A stretch of DNA of 61,958 nt, counting the filler, from Choristocarpus tenellus KU-1152 (Eukaryota; Protista; Phaeophyceae), in the NCBI GenBank assembly GCA_964200185.2. It is 12 parts of 12 records of this genome, joined end to end, with 100 filler letters (N's around TTAATTAATTAA, not from the genome) between each part and the next. Parts side by side here need not be neighbours in the genome. Positions count along the whole stretch, not along the records: positions 47,974 to 54,590 come from CAXNAD020007739.1; positions 54,691 to 59,093 come from CAXNAD020014711.1; positions 59,194 to 61,958 come from CAXNAD020024935.1; 9 more parts are not named here. The stretch is one strand, 5' to 3'. The number at the start of each line of letters is the position of its first letter. The stretch's first letter is position 1. The notes below the pieces were generated by a model. The model saw nothing but the letters and a program-made list of their open reading frames with translations. It had not been told where the DNA came from and ran no database searches. Made by a program: the position numbers and the translations under genes. This document shows positions 48,826 through 59,594 of the stretch, piece after piece.

Positions 48826-51800
48826 GGTGCGAAGGATATGGTGACAAGCCTCCTCCTCCAGGATAGCATTGAGAAACAGGTGAACAATGGAAAAGGGCAT
48901 AGATGAAGGACTTGTACTTGGTTCCTGCCGGGAGTAACATCTATGTCCCAATTTACAATTCACAGAAGTCATTCCAATTGTCCACATCTTGATTACCTTG
49001 CAATAGTGACAAGGATAATCACAAAAAAGGAAGCAGACAGCCTGCCTGAGCTCTAGCATAGACGACTGACTTGGCATCCTAACTGGACACAAATGAGCTC
49101 GTTCTACCTGTTCTTGGGCTCAGTTGAACCCTAATGGAGCCCAGTTGTTGATAATACGCACACATGAAAATGTTTTCTTTCATACCATGACCAGGTGACC
49201 AAGTTGTATGCAGCAGCTCCTATCCTCACACAGACTGCCTACACCTCCCTGGTCAACCGCCTTGTTCTCCTTTTGAAGAGGGCTGAGGCAGATGCCAGCA
49301 TTCCTGTGAAGTTGAAGCGGAGAGGGCAGGTGTGATCCGTAGGGATAGATGTGGGGGTGATAATGGTATCATAATTGAGTACTTACCAGTTGAGGCGCAG
49401 GGCAAGACTATATAAGTACAGACGAGCTGGATGGCATGGCCACGACGACTATTGGGGCGATGGTTCCATCAAGATGGGCCAAAGTATCCTAGAGAGGGGA
49501 GTGTTTTGCCCAGTTTGTCCATTCAGGTTGTTGTAAGATACCCCAGTTTGATGCTGGTTGGGCAGGTGATATCCCTTTGAATTTGGTCCAGGCAGGGGTA
49601 TAGAAAGGAAGGTGAGTTCAGATGAAGGAAATTGCCTTTAAATCTGACATGCATACTCGTATGACATGAAAAAAACTACAGGGTCACACAGGCCCCGAAT
49701 GGACGCCTGACCCCCCTTAGTACTATGGGTCAAATGTGTAAGAAATAAAACATATTGGTCATGGGCAATTTATCCGCTTGAGTCTTTCACCAAGTCAGCA
49801 ATTTTGTGTACAACAGCATCAAGCCTGCAGAAAATCCCTTACCTGTGGAGATGATGTGTTGCTCTCTTCACTATTCTGTAGATTTTTTTTATAGTCCAGT
49901 TGGTATGGAAATCTTGAGCAAGTGCCAAAATGAGACGGTGCATGAGGTGGATATGGTCAAGCTTGAGAATAAAAAATGCCATAAGACCTCTTTCTGAAGC
50001 AATATCTGAGGGAACAGGGCTCTCCTTTCCATCCTTTACCTTTGCCTAGGCTCTGGTGGAGAAAAGTCATTCGGAGTACTGGTTGCAGGTGTCTTCACAG
50101 CAACTAAGCACAGTTGAATGTGCAGATGAAAGCAACTCACAAGACATGAAAAAGCTGGAATCTTGCATCTTTCAGGTCTGATGACGATCTCTGTTATCCG
50201 AGCTCAAGTCTACAACACAATAATAGATAGATGAGCTAGGGTATGAAGGTGGACACAGAGCTCAGACTTCCACAATGAAAACATGCTGCCATATGCTGAG
50301 AGAGACATTAGAAAAATGCACATAGTTTGTGCCGAGAAGTCATGAAGGACAACTCCTAAAGAGAACAATGACCCTTACAGACTGATGTGCCGCTCCCTAA
50401 GCCCTGATCAGTGAAACCACCAGTGCAACATCAACAAGAGCCGGACATATTATTGTCCCTTCCCCACTCACTCTTGGGGATACAAATGGTATCGCATCCT
50501 ATATGCTGCCTCGCCTGCATCGAACTGCCCAGAGGGGGTGGGTAACTAAAACAGCCCGCAGAGAAATTTGAGAAATACCCCTGCTCGTTGGCATGTGTCC
50601 CAGGGGTATGAAAACACATAGAATATACTCTTGAATGTACTCCTAACCCTAACCCTAACCCTTCAAGAGCAGGCTAAGAAGAGTAAGGCGAAGTATGAGC
50701 TTCTGCAAGCATGCCAAGCTCTCCACGAACGGCTCAAGTCTGAGGTGGATATCAACAGGGCCATGGGTGCATTTCCAAGCGTTCGACTTCCTATTGAGGT
50801 GTGTACTTGATTTGCAAAGTGTCAGCACGCACTGAGGAGGAGGGTGTCAGCTCCATACTAGTATCACAAGATAGTCTGGATATCTTTGCCCAACCATAGT
50901 TCAAACAGGGCGCAAGATTTGACCACTGAATCCTGGGAGCCTTACATGGCGTAGAATTGTTGCTCCAGGAATAGGATCCTAGACAAAAAGTCAGGATATG
51001 GTATGTTGTGGTTCAAGGAAAAGGAACGCTTGGGTAAAGAGACAAACTGCTGAAAATACCATTGAACATTGTCTGTAGAGAGCTCTGATTTGAATTTTGC
51101 GCATTATTTTTCATTATGGTGCAGTTCCAACATGTACACAATACCCTTGTACTAAGTGTAGTGGCACTGGAGAGACTCAAAGTAAGTGGAAGTACTCAGA
51201 CTCGAAGTAAGCAGAAGTACTCAGGCTTTGGCCGTTCAGCATTTTAACCAGTTTTTCAATCTTAGGCAATTCGCCCATGTTTCTATGGATGAAGTGCTAA
51301 GTTTGACATGAGTGCATCGAATTCCCTATTATTTGATGAGACTTTTTGACAGAATTCAGAAAAAAGATCCTACATGCATTTGTAAAAAAAACAATTTGGG
51401 ACATACTTGTTAGCATCCTTATAGTGCAACTCTGGGTACCTCTTGCTTACTTTGACTCAGAGGTCCTGGGATTCTAGTAGGCACAGACTTTCCAGCATTC
51501 TGATCAAGCAAAAGGACCTGAAACCGGGTGTCTACAGGACCTTCGAGCCCTCATTTTTGAAGGATTTTGTGAAGTATTCATGAGTCTCGGAGTGGTTGCT
51601 GTGCCACTCAATACTTCAATGTGGTCAGCATTACGGTCATTTCAGTGATGGTCTCAAGACTACTTGATACAGAAATGCTCTCAATTGTATGGGTACTATA
51701 GGACTGTAGTTATCCAAACCCTAACCCTAAATCTAACTTAAGACAGCTCATGATAGCTCTACATCTATCGCCATCACCAGGAAATGCCAAAGGATTACTG

Positions 51801-54372
51801 GAAGGAGGAGGACACAGGCCATGTCGAGGAGACAGAAGGGTTTCCCCTGCCCCCTGTGGATGACGAGGGCAAGCCCCTTGACTATATCTGGATCCAATCA
51901 AAGTCATTCAGAGAGCTCTCAGCAGCTTGCAAGAACATGGGTGCGGCCCTCACTGCAGCTGAGGTGGGACACACATAGGTTTCAAAGATAAATGGGAGGG
52001 ACACTGCCTAGTGTTGTTTTTTTTTCCACTGGAAAAGTTGAAAAGAAAAGTGGATGTGAGGTCGGAGCAGAACAAGCCTAAAGTCTTGGGTAGACAGATT
52101 GGTCCGTATTATCCTAGAGGATGGGGGGGTTAGCCCAAGTTGTCCACTGGGGGTTTTGTGAGGTGTTGCAAAACATGTCAGTTTGACACTCTTTTTGTGG
52201 GTAATTTTCCTTTGGCTTTGGTCCAGGGTTGGGGAGGGAGAAGGAAAACACATCCAGATGAAGGAGGTAGCCCTTACACCTTACACAATAACTAAAATGA
52301 CATGAAAATCACTACATGGTCACGAAGGTCCGAAATGGACACCTGAGCCCCCACTAGGATACTACGGATCTTGTACTGCCCATGCATAGAGCACTGATAA
52401 CCAAATGCCAACAAAGGTACATTGCACACAAAAGCGCCCGCCCATTTTCCTCTCCACATTCACCCTCATTGAGTATGTGATGGGACACCTGTACCATTTC
52501 TTGAGGGTACTAAATTCCAAGGCTAAACCTTACTTCACAGGGCCACGGTCATCAACAGGAGTTGACTTTTCTCGAAGGAGACAGCAGCACACTACCCACT
52601 CTAAACATAAAGAGCATATTCTTCTTATTTTTCTCCTCTGAAGGCATCTGCACCCATCTTGGGAATGTTGAGGAAATGAATCAAAGTATCTTAGAGGGTA
52701 GAGCCGCATCCGTTTGGGGGTCAAAATCCAATATTGCGATTTTGATGTAATTTTGGCTATCGTGTTTGTTAGGAATTGTCAATATCCTTGTTCCGGACAT
52801 ACAAATGTTACCTTATCCGAAACATTTCGGAGTAGGTAAAATCTCATAAAAAAAAACTCATGGGAAGCCAAGCCCCAAACTGCAACCCTGGGTTGATACA
52901 GGAAGTGCCTACAATTACTTTTGCCAGGGAAGTGACCACCCAAATACTACGATTAGTCTTAGTCCACCCTGTAGCATATTGTTCCAAATGTTAATTATGT
53001 GTGTATAGTCCTGAACCTGAACCTTGTGCATGCTAAAATGTATTAGATGGTGAGCTCTTTGTATCTCAAGGGGAGTAATGAACTTCACATCATACCTGTA
53101 ATGTTTTGGTGCATCCAAGATAACGTGGAGGTCTACACACACTTTACCCACTCATATTGCAGTGTTCACAATTTTCCTGCCACTGCCACCCTGAAAAACT
53201 TGCCACTCCACCCACGATGTCTTTATGAACTCACAGGTGCTAGGGGGAAATGGAGGGTTGGTGGAGAGGGGGCATGCAAGGCTTGTTGAAGCTCAGAAGG
53301 TGATCCAATGGTTGACTATCTGTTGATAACTCCTCCCTGCATCAGCAAACAACTGCCTCTCTTTAGGCATCACAGAAGTATTGATTTGACCTCATTTCAT
53401 GATGCGCTCGATCAAGTGATATTGCACAATGCCAGAGCAAGCAATGCAACTTCATACGCAAGTGACTATCTGTGTGTCTATGTGTGTCCTTCTCAACCAC
53501 CACACTCCCTTCAGTCCCTCTTCCTGGTTGACCATCCTACAGTACAAGTTAGTCATAGTTTCCATGAGTGTGATACTCCTGCACAAGCATGTCTTGACTA
53601 CAATGCCCACCCTCCACTCTCCCAGCCTTAATTTATCCTACATACCCCGGCAAATCACCCCCCCCCCCCCCCCCCCCCCCCCAAAGCCCCCCTTTTTAAA
53701 CTTTTTTCAAACTTTTTAATTTCCTTTCCTTGTGTCCAAGAAGTGAAACCTAGTTGAACCCCTGTACTTATCTGGTCATTTGTACAATAAAATGACAACT
53801 CAGGCTTGGCAGTGTAATAGTGACAGCTTGAGTCTGTCACTCTCCTTTCAATAAAATGTTAGAAAACTGTCTCAGGCCCAGGCTGTGAGTATGCTGATCT
53901 CAGCACCACTCTCTCTCTTCCAGCATATAATATAGTGTTTAAGTCTAAAATGGGAGGACAGTTAAACCAAGATTGGTCCACTTGGCCAACTATTGTAACA
54001 ATAGGTAGAAACCAAACCAATCTATTGTAAGCAAGTCCAGCATTCCTGGAGTATGTGTTGTGGATTGCCCAATAGAAGATACACTCTACTAGATACAGGT
54101 GAATACAGGGTCACTCCTGGTGTAAATCGTAAGAGTTAGGTTATGAGCTCCCTTCCTCAGGTTGCATTGTACACAGTACAGCCTGAACATTTCCTCACAT
54201 AGGCCAGCAAACTCTCTCAACAAATTTATTGCCATTGCTGCTGACCCTTCCAGGAACACTCCTTGCTACTTGCCATCAAACTCTCTTCCCCCAAAGCTCT
54301 TGACTCACATCACACAAGTAAATGGGACCATAAAAAAATATATCCGCAGGTGAAAAATACTCAAGTTATCAC

Positions 54373-54403
<31 letters not shown>

Positions 54404-54544
54404 CTCAAACCTATTGAATGTCTGTGTCCCCAGGACCTTCGTGTGTTGACAGAAAAGGATACTTTGGACAGGGACAAGGCCATAGCTGTGACTGTCAAGG
54501 CCGCCAAGAAGTTAAAAAAAAAAAAGGGAAAAAAGAAAAAGTAG
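48826..54544 (+). CDS. Unknown protein, C-terminal exons ending in a poly-Lys tail
   Basis: Five phase-0 GT-AG exons, all multiples of 3 and stop-free: 48826-48879, 49195-49329, 50673-50798, 51781-51963, 54434-54544 (...AAKKLKKKKGKKKK*). Confidence 0.7.
49476..49731. mobile_element. Sola2-like MITE family C (second copy 52101-52370)
   Basis: GGGCCAAAGTATCCTAG...CTTAGTACTATGGGTC; subterminal TGTCCA/TGGAC motifs shared with families A and B; TSD AGAT/AAAT (1 mismatch). Confidence 0.65.
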
Positions 54545-55280
54545 ACTTGGGGGAGGAGGAGACAGGGGAGGGGCAAGGAGGGGTAGGTACNNNNNNNNNN
54601 NNNNNNNNNNNNNNNNNNNNNNNNNNNNNNNNNNTTAATTAATTAANNNNNNNNNNNNNNNNNNNNNNNNNNNNNNNNNNNNNNNNNNNNCCCCCCCCTC
54701 TCCTAAATTCAGTTTCTGCGGGTAGCTGTCTGCAGGACGCCACAGGCTGTGAGATCTCTTCATGTTTATATATATATATATTTATGTATGTGTGTACTCC
54801 TCTATCCCACAAGTCTGTATCGTTCCGGATTTTTGTGAATAACTTCTTTTTTTTCGAATGTGAGATTCAGAAATATCAAGTGATAATATCATTTGAAAGC
54901 CAACAGCGCTTCGGCTTGCGCATAGATACCTTGGAAAGATTGAATCATTTCGAAATGGTTGAGAAACTGCCCCCTGAATACAAATTCTTTTTTTTCTTTT
55001 TCTTTTTCTTTTTCTTTTTCGGAAATGGAAGATTTAGCAATAGCAGCGAGACTGGCCAAGAATGGCTGGAACTGATGGTCAATCCAGCCATAACACCTCA
55101 ATGAGACCTCCGATGAAGACCCGGTTAATTGCGCTAGATTCCTTGATGAGGTGTTTTTCGCATTAAATTGATTACTCATCACTCTAATTCTCTCCCTCAA
55201 TCCACCAAGTTGTGACTGCATTGTAGGACATGGCTGTGATGCCCCCCCCCTGCCCCTATTCCCTGCGCCCCTCAAATCAG

Positions 55281-57635
55281 GCAAGTGGGAGGAGGCGCTT
55301 TCCCTTCTGGAGGAGATGCGGAGGGCAGGGCCTCATTGCCACCCCAACGTGAAAACATACACAGCAGCCATCTCTGCCTGTGGTCGGGCCGGGCAATGGA
55401 AGAGGGCCTGTGAACTGCATGAGCGTATGCAGGAGGAAGGGCTTGTCCCAGACCCTGTGAGCTTCAACGCCGTCATCAATGCCGCCAGGTGGGTGTGGAA
55501 ACCCCTTGGTCGCTTCAGCTTCTTGTATGACCTTGCTGACCCCCCCACCCCCCCCCCCTCACTAATCTTGAGGTTGAGTTTTTGTTTTGTTTTGTTCAGA
55601 TAGTAGAAGGCCTTGAGTGTGTGCTAGTGAAGAGCGAATATCACAGCACAAGGTGTAGAAGGCATGCTGGAGGTACAGGCAGGCGGTGGTACTTTTTGTG
55701 TCCCATGGTATGATCCGATGGTACCGAGTACAGGTATGTAGATGGTACCAAGTACAGGTATGTAGATGGTACCGAGTATGGGTTTGGGGAGTGAGGTGGT
55801 ATAGTGAGTAGCAGAAAAGGGAGGTGTGTGTGTGTGTGTTTGTGTGTGTCTGAGTCATCCTATCTTGGAGAAGGATCAATTTAGGCCCTCTTTTCTGTTT
55901 TTTTTAAAGCCTGTGAGGCGACCCATTCCCATGCCTGTGATGCAGCCTGCCTACTCATGAGGAGGAAGTGTCAGTAGGAGGGAAGACATGAGTGTTCATC
56001 CCGATGGAACGAAGTGAAATTGCCTTCCATTATCATACAAACATATCTACCAAAAGGGAGTTGCAGGGGCCCCCAGATACTCGCAGACACTCTCCCCTCT
56101 AAGGGTAGGAAGATAGGATGACTCTTTCTCAGATTGTACTTCTCAGGGGAAAATACTTTCATTGAATCCAATGTTCAGAACAAATGTGATGATAGGTACA
56201 CTATGTATGTATGTATGTATGTATGTATGTACACTCAGTAAGAAATGTACTATAAACTGTGTCGATGGGTACAATCGACCAAATCATGTCCTCCTATAAT
56301 AAGGATCTGAGTGAGGGGTAGCCACCAACAGGGTTCGTCATGAAAATTGTTGGACACTTCAACAGTAGCAATCCGCTGAGCACAGTTGGGTCAAAGGTCA
56401 AAAAGGAGAGGTCTTCTATACAGTGGTATAATCTGACAGGTGAACTCAGCTTGCTAAGACATATTGACACCTATTTCAACAGTACGGCTTCATCCCTCTG
56501 AAATTTAGGTAATTGTTACTTAGAGTGAGTGCACCCACCCGTCACTGTTGGCGATAACGCCTCCAAAAACACGAAACTTTTTTTTTTCCAGAATTGTTAG
56601 CAAGTGTTCCTTCCTGTTGCGCTTGCTAAAATGATAAACGTTTAAGAGTGCCTAGAAAAAAAAAAAAACAGTGTCTGCCCCCTTGTTCTTATTCGTAGTC
56701 ACTAATTAATTTTGTCCTCTCCGATGGTGTGAAAAAGTGGTTGTGAATTTAAAAAAAAAAAAAAAAATGGTGAGTGAGGTGAGTGAGGTGAGTGAAAACA
56801 AATCGAACAACATCCTCCAGTTGACCAGAATCGAAGCTGGTAGGGGAGTTTACGAAAGGCGAGGTTTGCGGATGCCCGGGCCGCCACAAGGAAATTTCAG
56901 CGGAACAAACAGAGTGCGTGTGTACTAGATAGAAGCGACCGATTGGATCAAACCCTTCGAATTCAATGTCATTTTTACTTGTGAAGTGCACTGGTTCAGC
57001 AGTGGATAAAAAGGATCAAGTCTTGAGTGTACTATTACTGGTTACAGTAAGCGGTCAAGACGAAAGCTTCACGTAGTATCTTTTTTTATACACAACAGAG
57101 TGGTATGTACGTGGGGGGGGGGGATGTAATTGATGTGCGTGGGGGGGTGGGGATGTAATTGATGAGGAAAGGAAGGAAGCAGATGGAGTACTTAACGTCA
57201 AACATTGACTCCTGTGAACATTCATGCGGTCGTCTTTGAATAGGTGCGAGAATCGGTTTCTGTGAGGAAATGGACTTGATGCCTGGGTCCCTGTTTCCCC
57301 TCCCCTTACCTAAACGACTTAGATGCTTGTTTGCTGCGTTTGAATCTGTTTGATCGTACAAAGGTCCTCTGCAATTATTATTTTGGTAGTGGTAGTATTA
57401 GTTGTAGCAGGAGTATTACGTTATTCTTAACTTTTGTGTGGGGACTATCCCAACACTGCACTACTTCTTGTACTACCTATTATTAATCTAACTGACTGCT
57501 TAAGTTGCACTACTACAACTGATGTGATGGTACCACAGTACCTCTGTTCAGGTCGTTGTTATTGCACAGTACGTTCAACCCTCCCACCCTACTCCTTGTC
57601 ACTCCGCCCGCTTCCCTCAAATATTGTACTGGGCT

Positions 57636-57678
<43 letters not shown>

Positions 57679-57688
57679 CCTCCTACCC

Positions 57689-57729
<41 letters not shown>

Positions 57730-58979
57730 ATTTTTTTTTGGGCCCCCCCCCCCCCCCCCCCCCCGCCCCAATGTTTGTGCTCAGCAATAAACTTTGCCAC
57801 CCTGTTTTAAGTGTCCCGCGTTTTTTTGTTTTGTTTTAAGGCGAATAGTTTAGTACAGGTGTACAATCTCTCTGTCCTTACCACTCAAACTTTGGATCAT
57901 CAAAAACAGATAACCCTGAACAGAAATGTGTTGACGAGGGGAGTTTGAACCCACAAAGCCACATCGGGAACACTATCCATTAACAACTGAACTGCGAACA
58001 CGCCCACTGCAATGCCCGTCAATTAATTTTGGATGTTCCTTCCTCTGCTATGGTGCATTTAGCATATGATATGTTCCTCCAAAGTGGCATCTTAAGTGAT
58101 TGTTAGTGTCTTTAGTGGCACATTTCTAGTTCTCCACTCCATGGACTCTCTTCTGGCATTTTACGAGTGGGGATTTGTGGTTGTTTGTCTTGAGTTCCAT
58201 CACATTACAAGGACCCTCTTGCGCTTACTAAATAGTATCATTTTTTTGTGTACTGTGGCATGTAACGGGTCTTCTGTCATCCCTAGTGCCCTGCTATTGC
58301 CCATGTCGTCCCCGTGTACTTATCATCCCTATACCTCTCACATACAAAGGTCCGACTTCGATTTCCGGATTGAGAGTAGAGCATACTTTTTTAGGTCAAT
58401 TGAGTACACCCACTTGAGCACAGGACATGCTCATGCGGTTTGACGGGTGTGTAGAGTGCTTGTAACGGTGTTTTTAGTACCGGAAACTGCACCAAGTATG
58501 GAGTGCATTGCATAGTACCACGGGGTAATGTGTGTGTGACCAAGTCACACACCCACGGGGACTCCTTTCTTGGCTTTTATTACTGCACCCATTCACAATA
58601 GCACATCTCTTGAATATGTTTGAACAACACGGGGTCGTGAGCGACGAAATCAGCTCTATTTTTTTTTCACTTTTTCTCATCATCTCATCTGTTTATTTAT
58701 TTTTTTCATTTTCTGGCCTTGTCGTTGCCCACGCACAGGAGAGGTGGGCAGCACGACCTGTCCATGCAGCTTTTGGGTTCCATGGTAAAGGCCAGACTCC
58801 AGCCGGATAGGATAACCGTGTACGAGCTCATTACCTCCCTCACCGATCAGGGGAAGAATGATGAGGTGGACAAGTTGTTTGAGGTGGCCACCCATACAGG
58901 GTCACTCATCCCATCCATGCTTGACGATGAATGGGAAGTGGACATCAGTCAATTGCCGTCCTCTGTTGCCAAGGCTAAG
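55281..58979 (+). CDS. Pentatricopeptide repeat protein, probably with a C-terminal Smr-like domain (2 exons)
   Basis: Exons 55281-55488 and 58739-58979: GKWEEALSLLEEM..PNVKTYTAAISACGRAGQWKRACELHERMQEEGLVPDPVSFNAVINAARRGGQ...WEVDISQLPSSVAKAK. Confidence 0.88.
57928..58002 (-). other. Degenerate tRNA-like Pol III cassette (SINE head or tRNA pseudogene)
   Basis: Minus-strand A-box-like CAGTTCAGTTGTTA (57994-57981), B-box GGTTCAAACTCC (57951-57940), GTGTT/AACAC ends. Confidence 0.45.
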
Positions 58980-59594
58980 GTGATCATCTCATGGGGGGGG
59001 GGGGGGGGGGGGGGGGGGGTGGGGGGGGGTGTGTTGGGGGGGTTTGGTTGGGGTTGGGTGTGAGGGGGGGGGGAAAAAAAAATGTGGATCACTNNNNNNN
59101 NNNNNNNNNNNNNNNNNNNNNNNNNNNNNNNNNNNNNTTAATTAATTAANNNNNNNNNNNNNNNNNNNNNNNNNNNNNNNNNNNNNNNNNNNNTCGCGTG
59201 AATATCTCCCCGATTCTGTACCAAATCGCCCGAATACGAGAATTCCGGTACAAAAGCCTATTTTTATTAGTATGTCCAAAAAAGCGATACAAAATGGGGT
59301 TGGTATATAATATTTGGTATAAAATATGATACGGTTAATTACGGTCAAATCACACACCTCCCACATATCTTCCATTATTATCTCATAGAAGAATTCTAGA
59401 CTGAAATAGTATCCATTGTGCTTCGATGACCAACATCGTTGGTCCTCCACTCTAGACCTCTCTCGCTTACTGCACTTACCTATAGCTCGCTGCTCTGGTT
59501 CACTAAGTCTCTCAAACAAGTATTTGAGTTGCCTTTAGCAATTTGGGTCTTGACAGGTTGAGATTGTTGTGGTTGTACTTCTCCTTCCATAATA

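Noticed and set aside
51461-51573. Extra exon adjacent to the MITE D end
   Set aside because: Two open frames and a weak donor (GTATTC); cannot be supported without RNA data
56232-57029. TA-CACTCA...TGAGTG-TA possible EnSpm-like element
   Set aside because: Only 6 bp of inverted match and no second copy in the window
11803-59193. Recurring TTAATTAATTAA motif and apparent gene neighbourhoods
   Set aside because: Artificial linker between unrelated contigs; no cluster or synteny can be inferred
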